Of a stretch of 64,000 bases of DNA, positions 46,857 through 56,941 are shown piece by piece (position 1 is the stretch's first letter; each line of letters starts with the position of its first letter). The notes under the pieces are model-generated. The model ran no database searches. It was not told where the DNA came from and worked only from the letters and a program-made list of their open reading frames with translations. Origin of the DNA: an uncultured Verrucomicrobiae bacterium (GTDB taxonomy: Bacteria > Verrucomicrobiota > Verrucomicrobiia > JADLBR01 > CALLMV01); contig CALLMV010000026.1 of assembly GCA_938005615.1 (NCBI GenBank), forward strand, positions 143 through 64,142, given 5' to 3'. Position numbers and translations under genes: made by a program.

Positions 46857-47840
46857 ATGAGCATCGCTGTGCGCTGCATCGCCACGGGCAATTATCGTGA
46901 TGTGCTGCGCGTGGAGCATCAGGAGGCTGCGCAGCTAGGTCCCGGCCAGGTGCTCGTGGAGTTGATTGCCGCCCCCGTCCATCCAGCAGACATTAACGCC
47001 ATCGAGGGCCGATATGGCAGGCATATTCCGCCTCCATTCACCCCCGGCAACGAAGGCGTCGGCCGCATCATCACTCTCGGCCCGGGCGTGCCAGAGTGCT
47101 TGCGGGGCGCTCGCGTGCTTCTGCCTTACGCCAGCGGTACGTGGTGCACACACAGCGTGTTGCCTTACGAGGTGTTGCACCCTGTGATCTTCCAAGAACT
47201 GGATGACTTACAAGCCGCACAAGCCCTCATCAATCCTCTGACTGCACTGCGCCTGCTGGAATTGGCACCAGCACGACAGGGCCACGCTGTGGTTTACAAC
47301 GCAGCAAACTCTGCAGTCGGCCGCTGCATCACTACATTCGCACAAGCCCGCGGGCTCCGTGCGATTGCCTTGGCCAGAGATGCGCAGAACCTCAGGCACG
47401 ATGCAGACGAATCGCTACAGATCTTTGCCGACTCGGACGAGCTGACTCCGCAAGCCATCCGCAACGCCGCAGCGGGTGCGCCCCTGGCTCTCGCTCTGAA
47501 TGCGGTGGGCGGGCAATCTGCACTGCGGCTGGCCGCAGCTTTAGACGACGCGGGCACTCACGTCACCTACGGTGCTATGTCGCGCCAACCCATGAAAATT
47601 CCTGCCTCTCTGCTCATCTTTCGCAACATTTACTTCCGCGGATTTTGGCTCAATGCCTGGTTGAGTCAGGCCTCGTACGAATCTGTGCAGAGGGATTTGC
47701 GCGTCGTTTTCGAGGCGATGGCCTCGGGTCAACTCCATCTGCCCGTGGCCGCAGTCTATCCGCTTGCTGATGTGGTCGAGGCCGTCTCGCACGCGCAACG
47801 TGAACACCGAGGAGGCAAAGTCCTTCTTGTGCCGTCCTAA
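46857..47840 (+). CDS. medium-chain dehydrogenase/reductase family oxidoreductase (quinone oxidoreductase / 2-enoyl thioester reductase-like)
   Basis: GQVLVELIAAPVHPADINAIEG, GNEGVG, nucleotide-binding AANSAVG, and the C-terminal GKVLLV. Confidence 0.8.
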   Translation: MSIAVRCIATGNYRDVLRVEHQEAAQLGPGQVLVELIAAPVHPADINAIEGRYGRHIPPPFTPGNEGVGRIITLGPGVPECLRGARVLLPYASGTWCTHSVLPYEVLHPVIFQELDDLQAAQALINPLTALRLLELAPARQGHAVVYNAANSAVGRCITTFAQARGLRAIALARDAQNLRHDADESLQIFADSDELTPQAIRNAAAGAPLALALNAVGGQSALRLAAALDDAGTHVTYGAMSRQPMKIPASLLIFRNIYFRGFWLNAWLSQASYESVQRDLRVVFEAMASGQLHLPVAAVYPLADVVEAVSHAQREHRGGKVLLVPS

Positions 47841-47864
47841 GTTCGCCGTGGCATCTCGAGTTGA

Positions 47865-49676
47865 TTAGCTGTTCTTCAAACCGACGAGTCGAGCGCCAAA
47901 GCGTTCAAGCGCAGCGAGGATTTGTGGGTCGTTTTGAAATTCTCGCATTTCATCATCCGTTAGCATCCGGATCTTTGTGGTAGAAGTATCTTCTTGCGCG
48001 GGCCCCTGCTTGTCTTGTCGGGCAGGTGTCTTTTTGGTCTGACTGGCGGAATTTTGTGGGGCAGTGGATGAAGTGGATTTTTTGCGCGGTGCAGAAGTTT
48101 GGGGGGTGTTTGTCTCCTCGGTGTTTTGAACCTGTCGGGTTGTAACATCTGGAGGCTGGGGCTGCGCGGAATATCTCTGCCACTCGACGGGAATCGCTGC
48201 TCCGAGGGCGGCTCGGAGGTCAGACTCAAAAGTCCCTTGAGGGATGAGTTGAAATAACAGTGGCTCGACGCTCTTCTCGATCCGGATCAGGATTTTGTCG
48301 TCTTGCTTTTCCAGGTCAATGCCATGATGCAGGTAGCTGGGTACTTTTTTTAGAACAGCTGCAAAAGCTGCCTTAGGAGAGTTGGCAGAGGTTGTGGTTG
48401 CCGTTGTCTCGCAAGTCGTAGAGGACGGGTTATTGTGGGTGGTGGCAGTATCATCGACATTCTGGGAAGTGGTGTTAGTGACGGCTTGAGGCTTCTGGGG
48501 TTGTTCCCCGCGAATTTCCTCCGGGGTGATTCCTCCCTTGTGCATTGCGGCGACAACATCATCCAAGTCCACTTCCTTGGAGATTTGCGCGGCAGATGCC
48601 AGGCACACTTCAAGCCAGATCTTGGGATGTAGGGCAAAGCGGATGCGATTTTCTGCCTGTGAGAGGTGTTCCACAAGGCGGAGAAGGCGGCGCGGATTGA
48701 TGCTGGATTTCAACCGTTCCATTGGTTCGAGATCTTCTGGAGCCAGTTCGCTGGCCAGCAGCTCCGGGGCCTGTTGGTAAATGAGCAATTCCCGCGCAGC
48801 CTCGAGCAAGTCGCTCAGCACGCGCACCAGATCCTTGCCTTGCTCGTCCAGCGTGCGCAGTTCACTCCAAGCGCCTGCGGTATCGCCCGCCACGATGCGA
48901 GCCAGAAGCGACACGACAGCCGCGCGTGCAGGCAGGCCAAGGATTTGGAGCACATCGGCTTCACGCACTTGCCCACCACAGAAGGAAATCATCTGGTCCA
49001 GCGTGGATTGGGCGTCGCGCATGCCCCCATCGGCCAGTCGTGCGATGGCGTGAAGGGCTCCCGGTTCGACGGTGACGCCTTCTTTTTCGCAAATCATCGC
49101 CAACTGCCGGGAGATGAGTTCGGTGGGGATGCGGCGCAAGTCAAAACGCTGGCAGCGCGACATAATGGTGGCTGGCACCTTATGCACCTCTGTGGTGGCA
49201 AAGATGAATTTTACGTACGCAGGCGGCTCTTCCAGTGTTTTGAGCAGCGCGTTAAATGCCGCGGTGGAAAGCATGTGCACCTCATCGATAATGTAGATCT
49301 TGAAGCGGCCGCTTTGGGGGGCGTAGCGCACATCCTCACGCAGCTCGCGCACTTGTTCGACGCCGTTGTTGCTAGCCCCGTCAATTTCTCGCACGTCGAG
49401 GCTTCGGCCCTCGAGGATTTCGCGAATTAGCGGGTCATCCGGATCGGCATCCACGCTAGGCTGGCCCGGGGCATTGAGTGCAGCCGCCAGCAGCCTTGCC
49501 GTTGTGGTTTTCCCGATACCACGTGGCCCGACCAGCAAATAGGCGTGGGCAATTCGGCCCGTCTGAATGGCATTACGCAAGGTAAGGATCACGTGGTCTT
49601 GGCCGACGACTTCGCTGAAGCGCTTGGGCCGATATTTCCTGGCAATGACGAGGTAGCTGGAGGATGCGTTGCTCAC
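47865..49676 (-). CDS. dnaX: DNA polymerase III subunits gamma and tau
   Basis: ARKYRPKRFSEVVGQDH, GPRGIGKTT (Walker A), IIDEVHML, SRCQRF. A low-complexity linker is followed by a C-terminal tau-type domain. Confidence 0.95.
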   Translation of the reverse strand: MSNASSSYLVIARKYRPKRFSEVVGQDHVILTLRNAIQTGRIAHAYLLVGPRGIGKTTTARLLAAALNAPGQPSVDADPDDPLIREILEGRSLDVREIDGASNNGVEQVRELREDVRYAPQSGRFKIYIIDEVHMLSTAAFNALLKTLEEPPAYVKFIFATTEVHKVPATIMSRCQRFDLRRIPTELISRQLAMICEKEGVTVEPGALHAIARLADGGMRDAQSTLDQMISFCGGQVREADVLQILGLPARAAVVSLLARIVAGDTAGAWSELRTLDEQGKDLVRVLSDLLEAARELLIYQQAPELLASELAPEDLEPMERLKSSINPRRLLRLVEHLSQAENRIRFALHPKIWLEVCLASAAQISKEVDLDDVVAAMHKGGITPEEIRGEQPQKPQAVTNTTSQNVDDTATTHNNPSSTTCETTATTTSANSPKAAFAAVLKKVPSYLHHGIDLEKQDDKILIRIEKSVEPLLFQLIPQGTFESDLRAALGAAIPVEWQRYSAQPQPPDVTTRQVQNTEETNTPQTSAPRKKSTSSTAPQNSASQTKKTPARQDKQGPAQEDTSTTKIRMLTDDEMREFQNDPQILAALERFGARLVGLKNS

Positions 49677-49780
49677 AATTTTAGTATGATGGCACCTTCC
49701 TATCCCGCAAAGAGTAAAGACGAGTTGCGTGAGTCTTTCTCAGACCGTGCAGAATCATGGTGGAGGCATATCAGAAAAAA

Positions 49781-49800
49781 GTCTCAAAATGTCTCAAAAT
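49781..49800. repeat. tandem 10-mer GTCTCAAAAT x2 in the dnaX / tetR divergent intergenic region
   Basis: Read directly: 49781-49790 is identical to 49791-49800. Confidence 0.9.
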
Positions 49801-49848
49801 TGTATAAATATGATTGACGTATTCATAATATGAACTAAAATTCACTTT

Positions 49849-50466
49849 ATGAAGCCTAGCTCCAGAATTGAGCGTGATCGTGAAAGACGCATCACGGACT
49901 TCGTACGGGCCGGGGAGGAGCTGTTTTTTGAAAAAGGCTACCACAACACTTCCATTGAGGATATCGCACGGCGCGCGGATTATGCGGTAGGTACAGTTTA
50001 TCGTTACTTTACATCGAAGGAAAATTTGTTTGAGGAAATGCTTTTTGGTAAAATGACAAATTACTGTGAACACATGCAAAGGGTGTTCAAAGCGGTTGCG
50101 GCTCCGGAAGAGAAGTTGTTTCAGGGTGTGCGAGCCAAACTGGATTTTTTTGAAAAGGAGAGGCGGTTCTTTCAGCTTTTTGTGGAAGAGATTGCTCCAA
50201 TGGCTGCAGGCGCACATGCGGTAATAGTGTCTCAAAGATGTCTAGAATTAAAAGAAAGCTGTTTGCAAAATTGGGTGAAATTGCTGCGGCAGGGAGTGCG
50301 CAGCGGAAAGTTCCGCAGGATGGATTGTGAGAAAATGGTGCTGGCTCTGGAGGGGGCGATGCACGAGGTGATGCGAGAGCATGTGTTGCACCATCCTCGT
50401 CGTTCACTAGCGGAGCTGGAGCCGTTTTTGTGCGACTTCATCCGGTCGGCAGTTTTTATTAAGTGA
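49849..50466 (+). CDS. TetR/AcrR family transcriptional regulator
   Basis: N-terminal HTH (GYHNTSIEDIARRADYAVGTVYRYFTSKENLF) and a helical ligand-binding C-terminal domain. It lies directly upstream of the RND pump genes. Confidence 0.85.
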   Translation: MKPSSRIERDRERRITDFVRAGEELFFEKGYHNTSIEDIARRADYAVGTVYRYFTSKENLFEEMLFGKMTNYCEHMQRVFKAVAAPEEKLFQGVRAKLDFFEKERRFFQLFVEEIAPMAAGAHAVIVSQRCLELKESCLQNWVKLLRQGVRSGKFRRMDCEKMVLALEGAMHEVMREHVLHHPRRSLAELEPFLCDFIRSAVFIK

Positions 50467-50477
50467 AAGGAAAAATT

Positions 50478-51560
50478 ATGAAAATATTAAGAGTTGAACT
50501 TTTGTGCATCGCGATTCTTTTGTTCGCGGGTTGCAGTCCACCACCCGGCGCAGGCGGACCGCCGCCAGGATTTGCTGTGCCAGTGATAGTGGAGGAAGTG
50601 CGGCCCCAGGCATTTACGCAGAACATTGAAGTAGTGGGTACGTTGTTGGCGGCTCAGGAGGTGGAGGTGGCTGCGCGGGTAGAGGGTTTTGTGAAGCAAA
50701 TCCACTTCCAGGATGGCCAGCGTGTGGAGCGCGGTGATGTACTCTTTGAGTTGGACTCCGAAAGGTATCAAGCAGCGTTAGATCAGGCACTGGCGCGTGA
50801 ACGGTTGGCGCAGGAAGAGTTTGATCGGGCAGATGCTCTGAGGCGCAACAGGACGATTTCTGCTCAGGAGTTTGATCGGGTGGTATCTACGCTAGACGAG
50901 GCACGTGCCGCTGTGCGCCTGGCGCGTGAGAATTTGAGTGATACTAAGATCCGTGCTCCATTTGCGGGCGCCATGACGGAGCGGCGTGTGGATGTGGGGC
51001 AGTTTGTAAATCGCGGGCAGGTGCTTAGCAGCATCGTGGATAACAGTTCACTGAGGGTAGAATTCCGTGTGCCAGAGCGCTTCATCGGAAGCTTGCAGAC
51101 AGGCTCGCAAGTGGAATTTCGGACATCAGCCTTTCCTGGGGAGAAATTTTTTGGGACGGTGTTTTTCCTCTCGCCGCGGGTGGATGAGTCGAGCCGGACT
51201 TTGCTGATGCGTGCTCAGGCTGAAAATCCTGAACTGCGGCTGAAGCCCGGGATGTTTGTGAATGTTCTTGTGACCACAGATAGTAATCCGGAAGCGAAGT
51301 TGATTGCGGAGACGGCGTTGATGTTTCGCGGCAACAGCGTGTCGGTCTTCACCGTGAATGGGGAGAACCTTGTCGAGATGCGTCGTGTGGCTATACGCAG
51401 CCGGGTCGCAGGGCGTGTCGAAATCGTGGAGGGTTTGGAATTTGGTGAGAAGGTCATAACTGAAGGGATTCAAAAAGTGGGTCCAGGCAGTCTCGTGCAG
51501 CCCATGGATGTGATGGAAAAAGCGGCTAGTTCCGGGGAGAATGCGGAGGCGGGGGTATGA
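50478..51560 (+). CDS. RND efflux periplasmic adaptor subunit (lipoprotein)
   Basis: Lipobox LLFAGC. Motifs ARVEGFVKQIHFQDGQRVERGDVLFELD, a coiled-coil hairpin, and IRAPFAGAMTER. There is a 4-nt overlap with the RND permease gene. Confidence 0.85.
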   Translation: MKILRVELLCIAILLFAGCSPPPGAGGPPPGFAVPVIVEEVRPQAFTQNIEVVGTLLAAQEVEVAARVEGFVKQIHFQDGQRVERGDVLFELDSERYQAALDQALARERLAQEEFDRADALRRNRTISAQEFDRVVSTLDEARAAVRLARENLSDTKIRAPFAGAMTERRVDVGQFVNRGQVLSSIVDNSSLRVEFRVPERFIGSLQTGSQVEFRTSAFPGEKFFGTVFFLSPRVDESSRTLLMRAQAENPELRLKPGMFVNVLVTTDSNPEAKLIAETALMFRGNSVSVFTVNGENLVEMRRVAIRSRVAGRVEIVEGLEFGEKVITEGIQKVGPGSLVQPMDVMEKAASSGENAEAGV

Positions 51561-54500
51561 GTGTCCTAGAAACCTTCATCCGTCGTCCGGTCGCGACGAG
51601 TATGCTGAGCCTTGGGTTGGTGACGTTCGGGGCACTGGGACTCAGTCGTCTGCCCGTGCGCGAGCTTCCCGATATTGATCCACCCATTGTAACTGTCACA
51701 ACCGTGTACCCCGGCGCGAGTGCGGAGGTAATTGAATCTGAGGTGACGGAGCGGCTGGAAGAGTCCATCGCCAGTGTGGATGGAATTAAAATCATCAGCA
51801 GCACAAGTCGGGAGGCAGTAAGTCAGATCGAGGTAGAGTTTAACCGAGGCCGTGATGTGGATGTGGCAGCGACAGATGTGCGCGACCGTGTAGCACGCGT
51901 GCGTGCGCGGCTTCCGCAGGATGTGCTGGAGCCCGTAATCACTAAGGCGGATTCCTCGCAAAATCCGATCATGTGGATTGCGCTGTTTAGTGATGAATAT
52001 TCCACGCTCGATTTAACACGGTTGATCGAGGAGAGAATCAAGGATCGTTTGCAAACGGTAGAAGGCGTTAGCTCCATACTTATAGGCGGTGAAAAACGTT
52101 TTGCGATGCGATTGAGGCTTGACTCAGCCTTGATGGCAGCGCGTGGAGTGACGGTGACCGATGTCGAGAACGCGCTGCGCTCGCAGAACGTCGAGCTGCC
52201 AAGCGGCCGAGTTGAAGGACTTAAACGCGAACTGGCCGTGCAACTAAGTGGTCAACTCGACTCAGTAGAGGATTTTGAAAACGTCGTAATTCGTCAAGAC
52301 GGGGTAAATGTCGTGCGCATGCGTGATATTGCCCGTGTGGAAGAAGGCGTCGAGGATGAACGGACGGTCGCTCGCTATCGTGGCAAGCCTGCAGTGGGTA
52401 TCGGTGTAGTGCGCCAACAGTTGGCTAATACTTTGGAGGTAGCAAAGGGCATCAAGGCAGAGATGGATCGGATCATTCCCACACTGCCAGAGGGGGTTGA
52501 GACGTTTTATGCGTACGATGAATCTGTGTTTATCGAGAAATCGATCAAGGAGGTTTGGGAAACACTAGGAATTGCGTTTTTGTTGGTGTTGATCACGATT
52601 TTTATCTTCCTGCGCAATGTGAGAGCAACGATCATTCCGATGCTTTCCATACCGGTATCGGTACTGACGACATTTGGTGTGCTGTACTTCTTAGGTTTTT
52701 CAATCAACATATTTACCTTGCTGGCGCTTGTGTTGGCAATCGGCATTGTAGTAGATGATGCGATCGTGGTGCTGGAGAATATTTATCGGCACATGGAAGA
52801 AGGGCTGACACCTTTTGATGCGGCCCGCAAGACGATGAAAGAAATTGGCTTTGCCATCATCACGATCACTTCCTCATTGATCGCGGTTTTTTTGCCGCTG
52901 ACTTTTCTGGGAGGGTTGACCGGGAGACTTTTGCTAGAGTTCTCTGTATCACTCTGTGTAGCGGTGGCAACGTCGGGGTTAGTTGCGCTAACACTCTCGC
53001 CAATGGTTTCATCCAAAATTCTAAAGCCTTTGACGGGGGTCAAGCATGGGCGTGTATTTATGTTTTTTGAAAAGCTTTTGCAGCGTGTGGAGAAGAGATA
53101 TGAAAAGATGCTGACTTGGTCTTTGGATCACCGCTGGAAGATGGTCGGGGTTGCTTTGTTAATGGTAGGTTCGACAATTTTCTTTTATCTGAGTTTAGCT
53201 CAGGATTTCTTGCCTGAAGAGGACAAAGGAAGATTGTTTTCGATAATTCTGACTCCAGAGGGGTCGACATCAGATTACACGGATGCCCAAGTCAAAAAAA
53301 TCGAAAGCATTCTAGAATCTCGTGAAGAGGTGGATGGGTATTTCACCGCAGTGGCCTTGGCTCGAGGGGCACCGGGTCAGACTTCACAGGCATTTGCATT
53401 TGTGCGATTGCGTGAGGGAGAGAGGCCTCATGTGCGAGATATGGTGGCTGGACCATTTGGGCTTGGTGCGCAATTCATGAGCGAGGTACCCGGGGCGCTG
53501 GCCTTTCCGATCGTCCCGAAAACGGTGGGTGGATTCTCGCAGCCTTTCCAGCTTGTTTTGCAAGCAAGTGATCTGAACCGTTTGGATGCATATGCGCAGG
53601 ATTTGCGGATGCGTTTTATGGGGGAGGGTTTTTTTAATTTTCCCCCTCGAAGTACATTCGAGATTACTAAACCGGAGTTGCGTGTAAAGATTGACCGAGA
53701 TCGGGCAAACGCTCTGAACGTTTCGATTTTGGAAATCTCCCGTACGCTGCAAGTGCTTCTTGGTGGTTTAGATTTAAGTACGCTCAAGCGTGATGGACGC
53801 GAGTTTGATGTAATTGCCCAACTGGATAGGAAAAACCGTCTGGTGCCCTCGGATTTGGAGCGAATCTTTGTGCGCAGTAGAGATGGGCAATTAGTGCAGT
53901 TAAGTAATGTTGTGTCCTGGGAAGAAGCGGCCGGACCTAATGCCATTGAGAGGTTTCAAAGGCGACGAGCCACCACTATAGAGGGATCACCTCGTGCAGG
54001 CACTTTGGGCAGCGTAATGCAGAGGACTGAAGAGATTCTTGCGGAGACCCTGCCACCAGATTTCAGTTATGAGTGGCGCGGGGAAGCGAGAAATCTGCGG
54101 GAAACCACAGGGGAGATTTATTTCTTCATACTGCTTGCATCACTTGTGGTTTACATGGTGCTGGCAGCTCAGTTTGAGAGCCTCAAGCATCCCTTCACGG
54201 TCATGATAGCGTTGTTGCTGGCGGCGCCTGGAGCGCTTGGTTTGTTGTGGGTTTTGAGCTGGGTCAATTTCCTGGGAGAGATGTTTTTTGGCTGGGCAAA
54301 TTACGCACCTGATCCTCCGGCAATTGCGAGTGTCTTGGCGGGTATTATTCCGAGGATTCCAGCGATGAATTTAAACATTTTTTCACAGGTGGGTTTCGTA
54401 TTATTGATCGCGTTGGTTACGAAAACTTCAATTTTGTTAGTGGAGTTTGCCAACCAAGGGGTAGCGCAGGGTCTTTCACCCAAGGAAGCAATGCTGAAAG

Positions 54501-54793
54501 CGGGGATTATTCGCTTGAGACCGATCTTGATGACGAGTCTAGCAACAATCGCCGGCATCCTCCCCATTGCGCTGGGGCTAGGTGAGGCTTCTGAAGCGCG
54601 TCGTCCTTTGGGAGTAGTCGCCGTCGGGGGGATGGTGTCGAGTACATTTCTTACTCTCCTCGTTGTGCCGGTGATATACGTGTTGGTTGCCGGGCGCAGA
54701 AAAAATCCTGCGCCTGGAAAAGCGGAGCACACTGAAAATGCACAATCAGGCGAGCTCATTCCCACAAACTTAAGCGCGAAACTAGCTGAATAA
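51557..54793 (+). CDS. RND efflux transporter permease (AcrB/HAE1-like)
   Basis: 1078 aa with 12-TM RND topology. Motifs FIRRPVATSML, AIGIVVDDAIVVLENI, and duplicated halves. Confidence 0.95.
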   Translation: MSVLETFIRRPVATSMLSLGLVTFGALGLSRLPVRELPDIDPPIVTVTTVYPGASAEVIESEVTERLEESIASVDGIKIISSTSREAVSQIEVEFNRGRDVDVAATDVRDRVARVRARLPQDVLEPVITKADSSQNPIMWIALFSDEYSTLDLTRLIEERIKDRLQTVEGVSSILIGGEKRFAMRLRLDSALMAARGVTVTDVENALRSQNVELPSGRVEGLKRELAVQLSGQLDSVEDFENVVIRQDGVNVVRMRDIARVEEGVEDERTVARYRGKPAVGIGVVRQQLANTLEVAKGIKAEMDRIIPTLPEGVETFYAYDESVFIEKSIKEVWETLGIAFLLVLITIFIFLRNVRATIIPMLSIPVSVLTTFGVLYFLGFSINIFTLLALVLAIGIVVDDAIVVLENIYRHMEEGLTPFDAARKTMKEIGFAIITITSSLIAVFLPLTFLGGLTGRLLLEFSVSLCVAVATSGLVALTLSPMVSSKILKPLTGVKHGRVFMFFEKLLQRVEKRYEKMLTWSLDHRWKMVGVALLMVGSTIFFYLSLAQDFLPEEDKGRLFSIILTPEGSTSDYTDAQVKKIESILESREEVDGYFTAVALARGAPGQTSQAFAFVRLREGERPHVRDMVAGPFGLGAQFMSEVPGALAFPIVPKTVGGFSQPFQLVLQASDLNRLDAYAQDLRMRFMGEGFFNFPPRSTFEITKPELRVKIDRDRANALNVSILEISRTLQVLLGGLDLSTLKRDGREFDVIAQLDRKNRLVPSDLERIFVRSRDGQLVQLSNVVSWEEAAGPNAIERFQRRRATTIEGSPRAGTLGSVMQRTEEILAETLPPDFSYEWRGEARNLRETTGEIYFFILLASLVVYMVLAAQFESLKHPFTVMIALLLAAPGALGLLWVLSWVNFLGEMFFGWANYAPDPPAIASVLAGIIPRIPAMNLNIFSQVGFVLLIALVTKTSILLVEFANQGVAQGLSPKEAMLKAGIIRLRPILMTSLATIAGILPIALGLGEASEARRPLGVVAVGGMVSSTFLTLLVVPVIYVLVAGRRKNPAPGKAEHTENAQSGELIPTNLSAKLAE

Positions 54794-54826
54794 TCCCTTG
54801 ATTCACAAAGCCCGCAAGCACATCTA

Positions 54827-55960
54827 GTGGCTATGCCAAAAGCGTTGCTCGTGCTGCAGGATGGTTTTTATTTAGAAGGTGAATCCTTTGGGGCTTCAGG
54901 GACGTTTGTTGGTGAGGTCTGTTTCAACACCTCAATGAGCGGATATCAGGAAATATTGACAGATCCTTCCTACCGCGGGCAGTTAGTGACGTTGACTTAC
55001 CCACAAATCGGAAACTACGGGGTGAATGGAGAAGATTCTGAATCCGAGAGCCCACAGGCTGCTGGCTTGATAATTCGTTCGCTCGCTGTGCGGCCGTCTA
55101 ACTGGCGTGCAAGCGAATCGCTGGAGCAGTACTTGGTACGTCACGGAGTGGGGGCAATTCATGCCGTGGATACGCGTGCGCTGGTGCTTCACATCAGGGA
55201 GAAAGGAGCTCTGAACGGTGTGCTGACCACAGAGCGGATGAGTGTGGACGAGGCATCGCTTCTGGCCCAGGATTATCAGTATGGCGCCATCGACTTTGTG
55301 GGGCAGGTAACTACTAAAGAGCCTTACCTGTTTGATGAACAAGGCAAACTGAGCAAGATCTTTGGCGACCGCGATTTGTTGCCAGAGCCGAAAGTGCCTG
55401 TTGCTTTCTTGGATTATGGGACCAAGAAAAATATTTTACGCTCTCTGAGGCGGCGGGGATTTCGCTGTTACGTCTTTCCAGCACGCACAAACGCAGCAGA
55501 AATATTGGCATCAGGAGCTCGTGCAGTATTTTTATCAAACGGTCCTGGCGATCCGGCTGTATTGGATTATGCAGTAGATACTGTGCGAGGATTGGTGGGC
55601 AAACTTCCGATTTATGGAATCTGTCTCGGGCACCAGATCATCGCGCGTGCTTTGGGAGGCAGCACGTACAAGTTAAAGTTCGGCCACAGAGGAGCAAATC
55701 ATCCAGTAAAAGAGTTGGCTTCTGGACGGATCCTGATCACAAGCCAAAATCACGGTTATGCGGTAGACGAGAAAACCCTGCCAGCAGGAGTGCAGGTGAC
55801 TCACGTCAACTTGAACGATGGCACGTGCGCGGGTTTGCGCTTTGAGCAGGCCCAGATCAGCGCTGTGCAATTTCATCCAGAAGCATGTCCTGGTCCACGA
55901 GATGCAGAACTGTTTTTTGATGCATTTGCACGAGAGACAGGTGAAAAAAGCAAGCCATGA
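54827..55960 (+). CDS. carA: carbamoyl-phosphate synthase small (glutaminase) subunit
   Basis: ALLVLQDGFYLEGESFG, TDPSYRGQLVTLTYPQIGNYG, the catalytic GICLGHQ, and FHPE. Confidence 0.95.
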   Translation: MAMPKALLVLQDGFYLEGESFGASGTFVGEVCFNTSMSGYQEILTDPSYRGQLVTLTYPQIGNYGVNGEDSESESPQAAGLIIRSLAVRPSNWRASESLEQYLVRHGVGAIHAVDTRALVLHIREKGALNGVLTTERMSVDEASLLAQDYQYGAIDFVGQVTTKEPYLFDEQGKLSKIFGDRDLLPEPKVPVAFLDYGTKKNILRSLRRRGFRCYVFPARTNAAEILASGARAVFLSNGPGDPAVLDYAVDTVRGLVGKLPIYGICLGHQIIARALGGSTYKLKFGHRGANHPVKELASGRILITSQNHGYAVDEKTLPAGVQVTHVNLNDGTCAGLRFEQAQISAVQFHPEACPGPRDAELFFDAFARETGEKSKP

Positions 55961-56901
55961 GAGAAATCCTGCGTTTTGCACCACTTTATTTCGAGAAGGT
56001 TTGGGGCGGGAGCAAACATCGTGATTACTTAGGCCGGGAAATTCCTCCAGAGCTGCATGGGCCTATCGGTGAATCCTGGGAACTGGTGGATAGACCAGAG
56101 GCACAGAGCATAGAACTTTCATCCAGCAAGACGCTCAACGAAATCTGGCTCAAGCAGCAAAAGCAAGTCTTCGGAAGCCAAGCCCCAAGTGGGGAAAGAT
56201 TTCCGCTTCTGATCAAGATCATTGATGCCAGCGAGCCGCTGTCCCTCCAGGTTCACCCCCCAGTAGAAGTCGCGCAAAGTTTGGGCGGGGAACCTAAGAC
56301 GGAGATGTGGTACTTCTTGCGGACGGAGCCTGGGGCCAAGATTTTTGCGGGTTTCAGCCGAGTTGTGACACCTGAGGAGTTTGCTCAAGCAGCACGCAGA
56401 TTTGCTACTCAAGACATGTATCACGAAATTGTGACACATGCCGGAGATGCGATGTTTTTGTACTCCGGGCGTGTGCATGCGATTGGCGCTGGAAACTTAT
56501 TACTCGAAGTGCAGCAGAATTCCGACACGACCTATCGCGTGGATGATTGGGGACGGGTGGGTCTAGACGGCAAGCCTCGGGAGCTTCATTTGGATAAGGC
56601 TTTATGCTGCATCGACTTTACTGATGTTCGCCCCTCTCTGCAAACTGTTCAAGAGGGGCTTGTGGTGAGCTGTCCATTTTTTAGCGTCAGGGTGATGGAT
56701 ATTGAAGTTGAATCAAAGATAAAAGTGCCTGTTCAGAGCTTTGTTCATGTCTTTGTGGATCGTGGAGCCGTGAAAATCCGGGGAGAGCACCTAGCAGTCG
56801 GGGAGAGCGTGCTGTTGCCAGCGGCTGCGGGCGATGCCTCCGTTGTTGCCGAAATTTCGCCCGCTAGGCTTGTTCTCACGACTTGGGGCAACGAGGTATG
56901 A
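55957..56901 (+). CDS. manA: type I phosphomannose isomerase (mannose-6-phosphate isomerase, cupin)
   Basis: EKVWGG, GESWE, LSLQVHP, KTEMWY, VHAIGAGNLLLEVQQNSDTTYRV. Confidence 0.8.
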   Translation: MREILRFAPLYFEKVWGGSKHRDYLGREIPPELHGPIGESWELVDRPEAQSIELSSSKTLNEIWLKQQKQVFGSQAPSGERFPLLIKIIDASEPLSLQVHPPVEVAQSLGGEPKTEMWYFLRTEPGAKIFAGFSRVVTPEEFAQAARRFATQDMYHEIVTHAGDAMFLYSGRVHAIGAGNLLLEVQQNSDTTYRVDDWGRVGLDGKPRELHLDKALCCIDFTDVRPSLQTVQEGLVVSCPFFSVRVMDIEVESKIKVPVQSFVHVFVDRGAVKIRGEHLAVGESVLLPAAAGDASVVAEISPARLVLTTWGNEV

Positions 56902-56941
56902 GCAAGCGCTTGCATGCTGTGTTAGTATAAGAAAAATCTAT

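Noticed and set aside
49677-49780. Looked for a 4.5S/SRP RNA gene upstream of dnaX, because ffs often precedes dnaX in bacteria.
   Set aside because: Neither strand shows the conserved domain-IV core (a GGAA-type tetraloop flanked by the AGGUCAGG / AGCA symmetric-loop motifs). Only short, weak hairpins are present. A covariance-model search would be decisive, but by eye there is no support.
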